Positions 1 to 8,870 of a stretch of 64,000 nucleotides of DNA are shown here, piece after piece; positions within the stretch are counted from its first letter, which is position 1, and every line of letters begins with the position of its first letter. The position numbers were made by a program, and so were the translations under genes. Below the pieces are notes generated by a model that saw nothing but the letters and a program-made list of their open reading frames with translations, did not search any database and had not been told where the DNA came from. Source of the DNA: an uncultured Pseudomonadales bacterium (GTDB lineage: Bacteria; Patescibacteriota; Microgenomatia; UBA1400; UBA12028); NCBI GenBank assembly GCA_964492495.1, contig CAZBKJ010000001.1:2251-66250 (forward strand), in the 5' to 3' direction.

Positions 1-1524
1 GTCTCCAGATAAGCGTTCAGACATACGGTCGATATCAAGGATAATTCCGTCGATTCCTTTTTGTAGATAGCTTTCAATTTCCCAAATCTGACTTGGAAGC
101 TGCAGCACGGGGTAGAGTCGGGTTTTACTTGACCTGACCACACCGGCCTGCATCAGTAGAGACATGGTTGTGTGGATTTTATGTGTTAGGTGAGTGCCGG
201 CTATACTCACACCAAGAGAGATGGTTGGATGGAGTTTTTTGAGTGCAATAAACGCAGTAATCTCTGTGTCGACTGCGAGTTGTGATTGATCAAGATTAAT
301 CGCGTAGAGAAAGCCTTTTGCAGGATCGATGTGCTTTGAAAGGAAATGAAATGACTGGGCAATCTGATGAACACAGACGTTTCTGGATCGTATCGTTTTC
401 TGTGCCTCAAAATGAGAAAGAATTGCATTTGTTTGAATAACAAGGTGACCTGATACTTTTTGACTTGTCGGAAGATGTCCTGATGGGGATACTGTATAGT
501 CAAGACCAAGAGGGAAACTTTCTGGCAACTGGACGTGAGATTTTTTTGGCAGTTTTTTCTCTGGACTCACGGAAGGAACGCCGACTTGTTTCACAGGTTT
601 GATCTCAAGTCTTTTTGATTCCAAAACAAAGAATTCAGTTCCATCAAATCCAAACACAACTTCTTGGGGGAAAAAGAAGTGCTGTTGTACCTTTTTTGCC
701 AATTTTGCAAGTTGTTCAAGTGATGCTTGCGACAATTTTCTCTTTTGCACCCGAGTTGCTGGTGTGAGTGTTTTTGTTGCATTCCCATTGTCCCAAAAGA
801 ACTCATGTGACTGTTTGTCGAGAGCTTTTTTTTGTTCCTCACCACTGGGAATTGAAATCCAGTAGTAGTCAGAACCGTCAAGCTCGTCAGTGAGCGCACC
901 TTCTCCCCAGACAGCCTTGATAAGGGCAGTGTGTTTTGCCGGAGTGGTGGGGTCTGTTGTATAGAGTTGTCCAGTGACAACAAATCGTGGCTGTTTTTGA
1001 ATAGTAATCGCAAATGGTAAGTCAAAATGACTCTTGTCATGTTTTAACCGATAAAAAAGCGGTTTTATATCAAAAAAATGACTCCACAACTGTCGTATTC
1101 CATCAAAGAGATTTGCATCACCCTGGTAGCCAAAGTAGGTACGATCCGAGCTGGTAAAAAGCGACGATATTTTTTCTTCCAGAAAGATGCTTGGAGACAA
1201 CATCACTCGAGGCTCTTTCATCCCAATATATTGAGCAAGAATGGGGTGGGCTATGTGTTCTGGAAACTGTCCATAGCGAATATGTTTTTGAATCTCTTTG
1301 GATTTCTTTTGCAGTAGCTTACTGTCAGTGGGGATCGGTGCTGATAAAATTTCATTGATCTTTTCGTCTAAATTGTTGTATTCACAAAACTGCTCGAATG
1401 CATGCGACGACACAATGAAGCCATTTGGAACAGGAAGTTTTGCAGACAACATGGACGAAAGTTTCTGTCCACGAGTTCCAGCTTGGATGTGTTCTGAGTG
1501 TGTATCAATTTTCATTACTACCAT
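1..1524 (-). CDS. Degenerate PEP synthase (PpsA/PPDK)-like protein, 3' end outside window
   Basis: Not in the ORF track because it is open-ended. Manual translation from ATG 1524 stays open to base 1. GTRGQKLSSMLSAKLPVPNGFIVS, TYFGYQGDANLFDGIRQLWS, TGQLYTTDP, IKAVWGEG, HFFFPQEVVFGFDG and KGIDGIILD parallel PpsA motifs in the right order. Confidence 0.7.
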   Translation of the reverse strand, partial: MVVMKIDTHSEHIQAGTRGQKLSSMLSAKLPVPNGFIVSSHAFEQFCEYNNLDEKINEILSAPIPTDSKLLQKKSKEIQKHIRYGQFPEHIAHPILAQYIGMKEPRVMLSPSIFLEEKISSLFTSSDRTYFGYQGDANLFDGIRQLWSHFFDIKPLFYRLKHDKSHFDLPFAITIQKQPRFVVTGQLYTTDPTTPAKHTALIKAVWGEGALTDELDGSDYYWISIPSGEEQKKALDKQSHEFFWDNGNATKTLTPATRVQKRKLSQASLEQLAKLAKKVQQHFFFPQEVVFGFDGTEFFVLESKRLEIKPVKQVGVPSVSPEKKLPKKSHVQLPESFPLGLDYTVSPSGHLPTSQKVSGHLVIQTNAILSHFEAQKTIRSRNVCVHQIAQSFHFLSKHIDPAKGFLYAINLDQSQLAVDTEITAFIALKKLHPTISLGVSIAGTHLTHKIHTTMSLLMQAGVVRSSKTRLYPVLQLPSQIWEIESYLQKGIDGIILDIDRMSERLSGD

Positions 1525-1612
1525 CGTAGTGGAATATGAGCCTTTTACGCAAGTACAATCTTTTTTTTTCTGTTTGATATGGATAGGATGGTGTGATAAT
1601 GTTGCTCCTTAG

Positions 1613-2209
1613 ATGAAACTTCCACGCTCCATCCGGCAGACGATTGAGCAGTTTGAGAAACTTCCAGGTATAGGGCCAAAATCAGCACAGAGACTTGTTT
1701 TTTATCTCCTGCATAACCCTGAAAGTGAGTTGCAAAAATTTGCTCAATGTTTGGTGGACCTGAAAAAAAATACCAAAGTATGTACAACCTGCCACAATGT
1801 TGGTGAGTTTGATCCATGCGAAGTCTGCAGTGACATTTCGCGCAACCGTTCACTTTTGTGTATTGTCGAGCAACCACTCGATCTTTTGGCACTTGAACGT
1901 AGTGGAATCTATGACGGCCTGTATCACGTACTTCATGGCGCTATTTCACCCTTAAATAATATTGGACCAGACCAATTGTTTTTACGAGACATTTCCAAGA
2001 GACTTGAGAATGTCTCAGAGATTATATTGGCAACAAATCCTACAATGGAAGGTGAAGCGACAGCGTTGTATATCCAGCAAATGATTGCTGATACAGGGAC
2101 AACGCTTCAAGTTACACGCATAGGGCACGGGTTACCTATCGGTGCAGACATCGAGTATGCCGATGGCGTGACATTGGCTCGAGCCCTGGAAGGGAGGAAA
2201 AATATGTAA
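1613..2209 (+). CDS. recR: Recombination mediator RecR
   Basis: LPGIGPKSAQRL HhH, C4 zinc finger (CTTC..CEVC), Toprim ILATNPTMEGEATA, GLPIGADIEYAD. Confidence 0.97.
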   Translation: MKLPRSIRQTIEQFEKLPGIGPKSAQRLVFYLLHNPESELQKFAQCLVDLKKNTKVCTTCHNVGEFDPCEVCSDISRNRSLLCIVEQPLDLLALERSGIYDGLYHVLHGAISPLNNIGPDQLFLRDISKRLENVSEIILATNPTMEGEATALYIQQMIADTGTTLQVTRIGHGLPIGADIEYADGVTLARALEGRKNM

Positions 2210-2299
2210 AATACGTTCTATTTCATAGAAAGGTGTTTTTTTGAAATTTCATTTCATTTATTTTTATTTTGAGCACCAAAATAAAGAGAAAGGAATTAC

Positions 2300-2599
2300 A
2301 TGCAGGTTTCATTTACCAGCAAGAACATACTTCTTACCGACGGATTGAAAAATTTTATTACTTCTCGTGTGGGTAAACTCTCCAAATACTCTTCAAAACA
2401 GTTATCTCGTGTGCAAATCATCCTTGATGTTGATCGGCGTAAAAAAGGCAAGTCAGAAGACGCCATGGTCGAGATTGTGGGCGATATTCAAGGAAAACAT
2501 ATCATCGTACGAGAAAATGGCGATAGTTTTTACAAAGCATTTTTTGGGGCAGTGAAAAAAATGAAGACGCGACTCGTGAAATCGCGCAAAAAAATGTGA
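2300..2599 (+). CDS. hpf: Ribosome hibernation promoting factor (short HPF/RaiA family)
   Basis: 99 aa; N-terminus MQVSFTSKNILLTDGLKNFI and C-terminal DSFYKAFFGAVKKM helix pattern; SD AAAGGA upstream. Confidence 0.8.
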   Translation: MQVSFTSKNILLTDGLKNFITSRVGKLSKYSSKQLSRVQIILDVDRRKKGKSEDAMVEIVGDIQGKHIIVRENGDSFYKAFFGAVKKMKTRLVKSRKKM

Positions 2600-2600
2600 A

Positions 2601-2906
2601 TCAACAGCGATGCGTTTGTCTTACAGTGATTAACTCAAGATAGTTTATCGGATGTCCTGCAAGTTCGCGGTCACGAAAATCTCTATAGTTTTCTGGTGCA
2701 AGTAATACGTAATAACACTCAAAATCAACCTCAAAATTGGGATCGAGCTTCAGATTCGGGTTATCAAGTACATAGTGCTTGAGATAGTTTTGCAAGTTTG
2801 TGCATGTAGCTTCTCTAGATAGAGAGTACAAGCCGTACGTAGTTAACTTTCCAATTGTGCTGAAGGCTCGATATACAGGATAAGCTTTGGATTCTTGTTC
2901 GTTCAT
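2601..2906 (-). CDS. Hypothetical protein
   Basis: 101-aa ATG ORF filling the gap between hpf and the next gene; no motif recognised. Confidence 0.5.
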   Translation of the reverse strand: MNEQESKAYPVYRAFSTIGKLTTYGLYSLSREATCTNLQNYLKHYVLDNPNLKLDPNFEVDFECYYVLLAPENYRDFRDRELAGHPINYLELITVRQTHRC

Positions 2907-2967
2907 GATTTGGGTATTTTACACCCTTTCTTGCATCTTTCGCTTCTATTCTCTATCCTGTATTGAT

Positions 2968-3456
2968 ATGGGTGTTCTTCAATCAGCAGCATCAGCAGTA
3001 GGACAAGCAGTGTCCGACGTCGCGGCAGACGTCAAAGATGGAGTAGTGGGAGCAGCAACCGACTCAGTCAAACAAATTGCAAAAACTCCGTTGGATATTT
3101 TGGAAGAATTACTTGGGTCTTCAGGTGCTGGTGGGGGAGCAAATGAGCAGAAATCAGAAGAGGAGCAGGGAGCAAGTAGTCCAGCTAATAAAGCAGCTAT
3201 CGCACAAAAAAATGCCCAAGATGATGCGTTCAAGGTTCAACAGCATCAAGAGTTGCATCAAAAGATCATGCAGCAATCTCAAGGCTACTATGAGCAAAAA
3301 AAGCAAGCTGATGAGCAACAACGACAGATATCAGAGCAACAAAAAGAACAAGAAAAATTCCAGATAAAACAGCTGGAAAAACAAAAAAGTCATGATTATG
3401 CCTTGCAGGCAGCAAAGGATGCATCAAGCGCAGAAAAGAGAATGGGTGCAGGATAG
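2968..3456 (+). CDS. Hypothetical Gln/Lys-rich coiled-coil protein
   Basis: Start reassigned to ATG 2968 (MGVLQ); Ala/Val-rich N-terminus and Q/E/K-rich helix. Confidence 0.7.
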   Translation: MGVLQSAASAVGQAVSDVAADVKDGVVGAATDSVKQIAKTPLDILEELLGSSGAGGGANEQKSEEEQGASSPANKAAIAQKNAQDDAFKVQQHQELHQKIMQQSQGYYEQKKQADEQQRQISEQQKEQEKFQIKQLEKQKSHDYALQAAKDASSAEKRMGAG

Positions 3457-3481
3457 ATAGTCTTGTGAGTTTTACATATTT

Positions 3482-3748
3482 ATGCCAAAACTTCCTGAAC
3501 AGTCTCCACTTATCTCCAAAGCATTGAAGGAAAATCCTACACCACTAAATCCATCGGGACTTGATGGTGTTTTTATCGGAAGCGTACTGATTTTTGCTGG
3601 TCTGCTTCCATCGTTGTCACCTAATTCTCTTGAGGAGTTAAAAGTACTTGCTCAGAGAACGCTTGAAACTGGTCTCGCTTTTTTTTCCATAGGATTGTTT
3701 GTTTTGGCAGCAAAAAATATGAGATCGCTCTGCGATAAACGAAAGTAA
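3482..3748 (+). CDS. Small hypothetical membrane protein (2 TM)
   Basis: Two hydrophobic stretches in an 88-aa ORF. Confidence 0.55.
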   Translation: MPKLPEQSPLISKALKENPTPLNPSGLDGVFIGSVLIFAGLLPSLSPNSLEELKVLAQRTLETGLAFFSIGLFVLAAKNMRSLCDKRK

Positions 3749-3773
3749 AACAACCTAGGAAGTGTATTTGTAC

Positions 3774-3801
3774 TTGTTCGTGTGAATTTCTTTTGTATAC
3801 T
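3774..3801 (+). promoter_or_regulatory. Putative sigma70 promoter of the cysS leader
   Basis: TTGTTC (3774-3779), 16 nt, TATACT (3796-3801), then 8 nt to the leader ATG. Confidence 0.55.
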
Positions 3802-3809
3802 TTATCGAT

Positions 3810-3851
3810 ATGAACACTGTTCAAAAAACCAGTTGTTGTTGCACAAGCTGA
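3810..3851 (+). CDS. cysS leader peptide MNTVQKTSCCCTS
   Basis: ATG AAC ACT GTT CAA AAA ACC AGT TGT TGT TGC ACA AGC TGA: three tandem Cys codons directly upstream of cysteinyl-tRNA synthetase. Confidence 0.85.
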   Translation: MNTVQKTSCCCTS

Positions 3852-3906
3852 TTGTTGACGCTTGGGCATGGTAGTATCTTGATCCGCCCAAGTTGGCGGA
3901 TTTTTT
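3840..3906 (+). promoter_or_regulatory. Transcription attenuator (protector / antiterminator / terminator)
   Basis: Terminator ATCCGCC(3882-88)-CAAGTT-GGCGGAT(3895-3901)-TTTTT. Antiterminator CTTGGGC(3861-67):GCCCAAG(3886-92). Protector TGCACAAGC(3840-48):GCTTGGGCA(3860-68) with one mismatch. Confidence 0.85.
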
Positions 3907-3931
3907 CTACAAAGAAGGAAGCTATACATAT

Positions 3932-5353
3932 ATGAAACTCTACAACACGCTCTCTCGAACAATTGAAGAAGTGCAACCAATCACAAAGATGCACATCGGT
4001 ATGTATGCCTGTGGTCCGACTGTGTATGACTATGCCCATATTGGTCACATGCGAAAGTACACCATGGATGATGTGCTGGTCAGGACACTCAAACATGCTG
4101 GGTTTTCAGTAGAGCACGTCATGAATATCACGGATGTGGGGCATTTGGTGTCGGACTCGGATGAGGGTGAAGACAAGATGGAAAAAGGGGCAAAAAAATA
4201 TGGAAAGACTGTCTGGGATGTGGCGAAAGAGTTTGAAGAGTTTTTTTGGAAGTGTATAGATGCGATGGATGTTGCAAGACCGGATGTGAGCTGCAAAGCG
4301 ACTGCACATATCCCTGAACAGATTGAGATGATCAAGCGACTTGAGAAACATAATCTCACGTACGTGATAGATGATGGGGTGTATTTTGATACAGAAAAAT
4401 TTCCTTCATATGGAGAACTTGCCAAACTTGATAAAGAATCAATTAAAGCAGGAGCACGAGTAGAGATGGTTGCTGGAAAGAAAAACGCGACTGATTTTGC
4501 GCTGTGGAAGTTCTCACCAAAAAATGAACAACGTGCAATGGAGTGGGGAAGTCCATGGGGGAAAGGGTTTCCAGGATGGCACATTGAGTGCAGTGCGATG
4601 GCAATACGGTATCTAGGTGAGCAATTTGATATTCACACAGGAGGAATTGATCACATTCCGATTCACCATACCAATGAGATCGCACAGGCAGAAGGGGCGA
4701 CGGGAAAGCATCCATTTGTTCGTACCTGGGTTCATCATAATTTTCTTCGGGTTGAGAATGAGAAAATGAGTAAGTCTCTAGGGAATTTCTTTACCCTTGA
4801 CGATGTGACTGCAAAAGGGTTTTCACCAATGGCTCTTAAGCTTTTGTTTTTGGGCAGTCACTATCGAAGTGAGCTGAATTTTACGTGGGCAAATCTAGAA
4901 GCATCGCAAAAAGCATATGACAAGCTTGTGGGAATACTGACACAGGCCAAAAAAGAAACAGAGCGAACAACACTTTCGCAGGAGAAAGTAAAAAAACTCA
5001 ATGACTATCGCACTCGGTTTTTTTCACAGATGGAAAACGATTTGCATACTCCTGAGGCTACGTCACTACTGTGGGAAGTAGCCAAGAGTAACATTCCTGG
5101 TGGAGATAAGTACGATTTACTCATAGAGTTTGATTCTGTTTTAGGACTTGGGCTTGCAAAAGCGTCTACACTTTCTGGTTCACCTTCCACACATGAAATT
5201 CCGTCTGGGGTGCAGATGCTTCTTGATAAACGACAAGCTGCCAGAGACAGCAAGGATTTTGTAGCGTCCGATACTCTTCGAGATGCAATCGCAAAATTGG
5301 GCTGGAGTGTAAAAGACACAAGTGAAGGACAAAAAGTCAAAAAGAATAGCTAA
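3932..5353 (+). CDS. cysS: Cysteine--tRNA ligase
   Basis: MKLYNTL start, YACGPTVYDYAHIGH, DFALWK, GFPGWHIECSAM, DIHTGGIDH, KMSKS. Confidence 0.98.
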   Translation: MKLYNTLSRTIEEVQPITKMHIGMYACGPTVYDYAHIGHMRKYTMDDVLVRTLKHAGFSVEHVMNITDVGHLVSDSDEGEDKMEKGAKKYGKTVWDVAKEFEEFFWKCIDAMDVARPDVSCKATAHIPEQIEMIKRLEKHNLTYVIDDGVYFDTEKFPSYGELAKLDKESIKAGARVEMVAGKKNATDFALWKFSPKNEQRAMEWGSPWGKGFPGWHIECSAMAIRYLGEQFDIHTGGIDHIPIHHTNEIAQAEGATGKHPFVRTWVHHNFLRVENEKMSKSLGNFFTLDDVTAKGFSPMALKLLFLGSHYRSELNFTWANLEASQKAYDKLVGILTQAKKETERTTLSQEKVKKLNDYRTRFFSQMENDLHTPEATSLLWEVAKSNIPGGDKYDLLIEFDSVLGLGLAKASTLSGSPSTHEIPSGVQMLLDKRQAARDSKDFVASDTLRDAIAKLGWSVKDTSEGQKVKKNS

Positions 5354-5368
5354 AGAAAGGGGTCTTTT

Positions 5369-5698
5369 ATGGGAGAAGTATTTTCACCAGAGGTAGCAAC
5401 GTACGTGCAGCAGAACAAAATTGCAACTGATGATATTTTAACTTTTGAAGGAACCAACATCCCCAAATTTTTTTCGACATTACTGATAAAAACGGAATCA
5501 CAGTCGCCGTTCTATATCTATGTGCCACCATACCAGCAACTGATTGACGGAACGGTGACAAAAGATGGGGGGCTATACGGATATGATGGGGAAAAAATGC
5601 CTAGAAATTTGATCTTTTTTGCATCAGGAAGACCAAACGAGCAATTCAAAGCAATGATACGAGATACGCTCGCGCATACGACAGGCAGTCGGACATAA
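5369..5698 (+). CDS. Hypothetical protein
   Basis: 109-aa ORF with SD-like AAAGGGG directly after cysS. Confidence 0.6.
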   Translation: MGEVFSPEVATYVQQNKIATDDILTFEGTNIPKFFSTLLIKTESQSPFYIYVPPYQQLIDGTVTKDGGLYGYDGEKMPRNLIFFASGRPNEQFKAMIRDTLAHTTGSRT

Positions 5699-5760
5699 CG
5701 GAATACAGGTATCAGGAAATATTCATCTACTTTTCAGTTGAGTTGCGCTACAATACGGCT

Positions 5761-6441
5761 ATGTTTCAAAAACTCCTTGTATTGTGTACTGCCAACCGAC
5801 TGAATGTAATCCGTACCATACAATTCGGATATGTCCTCCTTACTGTTTTTTTTCTCTTCGCGACCTGGGCAATATTTACCAGTAACGTCGCGTGGATGCA
5901 CTTTGTGTATGATGTTGGACTTTTATCTGGGAAACTTGCAACGTTTCTCTTTATCATCGTCACACTTCCTGGAATACTTGGTCGGTTTGGGATCAGACAT
6001 CCGCTGATAACAATTGGGATTATGTTTCGGCGGTACACTGGAATTGGAGTCTTTTTGCTTGGATTTGTTCATGGGATGACGGTCTATAGTTTGCCGATGC
6101 TAGCTGCAAAACAGCTAGTCCTACCACCTCCTTTGTTTATTACTTTTGGACTGACTGCACTTGTATTATTATTTCCACTTTTTTTGACTTCAAATACCCA
6201 GAGTGTTCAGATGCTTGGGAAAAATTGGAAACGTTTGCACTCACTAGTCTATGTTATTTTCTGGTTTATCTTCATCCATGTTGCAATGCAAGGTGAAAAG
6301 TCAGTTGCAATCCTCATCGGCCTCGCTGGATTTTTGGAGATACTTTCACTGGGGTATGCGTTTTGGAAGAAACGAACACAAGCTTCAACCACCTTTCAAT
6401 CTACTGGTACGAACTCATCAGGAAATGTACAATCTCCCTAA
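5761..6441 (+). CDS. MsrQ/ferric-reductase-like transmembrane heme protein
   Basis: FRRYTGI..FVH, LFLTSN, GKNWKRLHSLVY..FIH; about 6 TM segments. Confidence 0.85.
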   Translation: MFQKLLVLCTANRLNVIRTIQFGYVLLTVFFLFATWAIFTSNVAWMHFVYDVGLLSGKLATFLFIIVTLPGILGRFGIRHPLITIGIMFRRYTGIGVFLLGFVHGMTVYSLPMLAAKQLVLPPPLFITFGLTALVLLFPLFLTSNTQSVQMLGKNWKRLHSLVYVIFWFIFIHVAMQGEKSVAILIGLAGFLEILSLGYAFWKKRTQASTTFQSTGTNSSGNVQSP

Positions 6442-6453
6442 AGGAGGTTTTGT

Positions 6454-6636
6454 ATGAAACGACTCATTCGTCCTAAGAAGGGAAGAAAAGTAGGCGGAGT
6501 TAGCCTTGCCCTTGCAAACTACATGGGCATCGATGTCACTGTCGTGCGCGTGGTCTTTGTTTTTCTTGCGCTCCCAGGTGGCTTTCCAGGTATCATTCCG
6601 TACATCGTTTTGTGGTTAGTTATCCCTGAGGAATAG
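6454..6636 (+). CDS. pspC: PspC domain protein
   Basis: KRLIRPKKGRKVGGVSLALANYMGIDVTVVR...YIVLWLVIPEE; SD AGGAGG. Confidence 0.9.
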   Translation: MKRLIRPKKGRKVGGVSLALANYMGIDVTVVRVVFVFLALPGGFPGIIPYIVLWLVIPEE

Positions 6637-6666
6637 CTACAACGAAACAGAAAACCCGCCGTACGC

Positions 6667-6710
6667 ACAACCTCGCATGATCTACAAAAGGTCGCGAGGT
6701 TGTTTTTTTT
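6667..6710 (+). terminator. Intrinsic terminator
   Basis: ACAACCTCGC ... GCGAGGTTGT stem followed by a T run, between convergent genes. Confidence 0.75.
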
Positions 6711-6739
6711 ATCAGAAAAAACATGAGATAACGTGAGTG

Positions 6740-7381
6740 TTATTGCTCTTGGTATTGTTTCATGAGCTCTTCAGCTTTCTTTCTCATGGCCTCTTGATCT
6801 GCCTCACTTGGAGCTGACCCGCTTTGATTTTCTTTCATCATTGTATTTGCACTTTCCATGAGTCCACTCATATCAGAGAACGTCACGTCACTTGGTGGGA
6901 CAAACTCACTATCAGCGATAGACTGCTCTTTGCAGTCAACTATATAGCCTTGATCCTCAAGTGCTTTTTTGTCTTCTTCAGACTGAATAGAGGGGACATT
7001 TTGGCCATTTTGCTCTGCGTAGTCCTCAATATTCTGATCTTCTGGAAGTGTCATCGTAAAACCTTTTTTTGTTGTTTCATCCCATGTATGGATGGTACGA
7101 CCATCGGAAATCATCATTCCTGTAGTGGATGCTCCTGTCGATCCAAAGCCTGACATCTTCATCTTTTGTCCTTTAAGAAAGTACGTCATCACTGTGTTGT
7201 CGCCCTTTTTTGTCATCGTGCATGAGACTGGACGACCAGCTTGAATTGCTCCGGCAACTGACTCAAACTCCCCAGCCATTTGTGCTTCTGTTTGAGTTTC
7301 AATTTGTGCGGATGGTGTAACGGTTTGTTTGCATCCAGCAAGAGCAATGGTGAGGACGCCAACGATGAGTGCCTTTTTCAT
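6740..7381 (-). CDS. Lipoprotein, LolA-like fold suspected (paralogue A)
   Basis: MKKALIVGVLTIALAGC lipobox; MISDGRTIHTWD and FVPPSDV segments; SD AAGGAG. Confidence 0.75.
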   Translation of the reverse strand: MKKALIVGVLTIALAGCKQTVTPSAQIETQTEAQMAGEFESVAGAIQAGRPVSCTMTKKGDNTVMTYFLKGQKMKMSGFGSTGASTTGMMISDGRTIHTWDETTKKGFTMTLPEDQNIEDYAEQNGQNVPSIQSEEDKKALEDQGYIVDCKEQSIADSEFVPPSDVTFSDMSGLMESANTMMKENQSGSAPSEADQEAMRKKAEELMKQYQEQ

Positions 7382-7445
7382 AGATTCTCCTTGTTTTTTT
7401 GTAGTATAAACCAAATTTACGTTTGGGTGCGCTACAATACGCACT

Positions 7446-8192
7446 ATGACGATCACACCACTCAAGACAGCAAAAGTAACAGCAAACAAATACACTCTAG
7501 AGACTTTTTTGGATGAACATATTCACGACTTTGAAGAAAACACCGTACTAGTCGTAACTTCAAAGGTCGTATCACTGTGTGAAGGAAATATTGTCTCTCC
7601 CAATAGCATAGCTTTGGATGAACTTTTAGAGAAGGAAGCTGATTTTTTCTTGCCTCGTTCTACCAATCCGTATGGGTTTGGGATGAGCATTAAAAATAAC
7701 ACCTTAATCGCCAACGGAGGAATTGATGAGTCAAACGGAAATGGATCGTATATTCTGTGGCCAAAAGATCCTCAGTTGTCAGCCAATACTATTCGAGAGT
7801 ATCTCTGCAAGAGATTTTCTCTTTCAAAAGTAGGTGTCATTATTAGTGATAGCCATGTGCTTCCCATGCGATGGGGAACTGTCGGAACAGCAATTGCCTT
7901 CAGTGGCTTCGTACCTCTGAATGAATATATTGGTACAAACGATTTGTTTGGACGACCATTTAAGGTTACTAGATCTGGAGTAGCGGAAGGGTTGGCGGCA
8001 GCTGCGGTTGTGGCGATGGGTGAAGGGAGCGAATCGACTCCACTGGCAATACTCAGCGGTGTGTCGTTTGTGCAGTTTCAGGACAGAAATCCAACGAACG
8101 AAGAACTGGAAAAGCATACGATTTCACTCACCGAAGATATTTTTGCTCCACTTCTCACTGCTGTACCTTGGAAAAAGGGAAAAAGTTCGTAA
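7446..8192 (+). CDS. CofE-like gamma-glutamyl ligase (F420-0:L-glutamate ligase family)
   Basis: VVTSKVVSLCEG, ANGGIDESN, LWPKDPQLSA, VGVIISDS..PMRWG, DLFGR, MGEGSESTP. Confidence 0.88.
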   Translation: MTITPLKTAKVTANKYTLETFLDEHIHDFEENTVLVVTSKVVSLCEGNIVSPNSIALDELLEKEADFFLPRSTNPYGFGMSIKNNTLIANGGIDESNGNGSYILWPKDPQLSANTIREYLCKRFSLSKVGVIISDSHVLPMRWGTVGTAIAFSGFVPLNEYIGTNDLFGRPFKVTRSGVAEGLAAAAVVAMGEGSESTPLAILSGVSFVQFQDRNPTNEELEKHTISLTEDIFAPLLTAVPWKKGKSS

Positions 8193-8205
8193 AGATGTCT
8201 TTGTA

Positions 8206-8781
8206 CTACATTCCTTGCAGTGATTCTTCGACTGTCCCTGTGATGTCTGTATAGACCACATAGCTAGCTGGCACAAATGTGTCTTCTGCAATCTGTGTTC
8301 GAACACAGTCCACGCTATATCCTTCATTGGAAAGAGTACTGATACTTTGGCTACTAGAGAGGTTAGGAATACTCATGCCCAAAGAATCTGTTTTTTGTAG
8401 CAGGACAGCAAGCTGTTCTTTTGAGGGAATTTGGCTTTTAAACCCGATTGCTGACCCTTCTTCCCAAATATAAAAGACAACACCATCTGATACGACAATT
8501 CCAGAAGTCTTACCTGATCCTAAGTTTACATGTGTCATCCGAACTCTATTTCTTTGAGTAATTGCTTGAATTGGTTGACTATCTTGTCCTTTTTGTATGG
8601 TACATGCGACAGCTTCTCCATTGTCATATGCTGCTTCAATCTCATCTGCACTCATGCTTGTGGTAGAGTCTTCCACTGGTATGAGCGTAGGAGATGGGTT
8701 CGGATTTATGGGTGTCGTACTGCATCCAGCAAGAAAGAGAGCGCAGATGGGAACTATCGAAAAGCGTTGTATTCTGGTCAT
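8206..8781 (-). CDS. Lipoprotein, paralogue B of 6740..7381
   Basis: LFLAGC lipobox; VVSDGVVFYIWE and GYSVDC..FVPASYVVYTD align with paralogue A. Confidence 0.75.
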   Translation of the reverse strand: MTRIQRFSIVPICALFLAGCSTTPINPNPSPTLIPVEDSTTSMSADEIEAAYDNGEAVACTIQKGQDSQPIQAITQRNRVRMTHVNLGSGKTSGIVVSDGVVFYIWEEGSAIGFKSQIPSKEQLAVLLQKTDSLGMSIPNLSSSQSISTLSNEGYSVDCVRTQIAEDTFVPASYVVYTDITGTVEESLQGM

Positions 8782-8870
8782 AGAGTGGCATCATACATGA
8801 GTTGGGGTACGTCACTTTATGAGAAACGAAAGAATTATGTAAGAAAGAGATCTGGTAAGATAAAAAATAT

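Noticed and set aside
207-1612. ORF-track entries 207..509, 591..1040, 599..865, 1078..1317 and 1298..1612
   Set aside because: Shadow frames of the single open-ended minus-strand PEP-synthase-like CDS 1..1524.
3780-3931. T-box riboswitch upstream of cysS
   Set aside because: The leader is too short for stem I and has no TGGNACC T-box sequence; the Cys-codon leader peptide explains the structure better.
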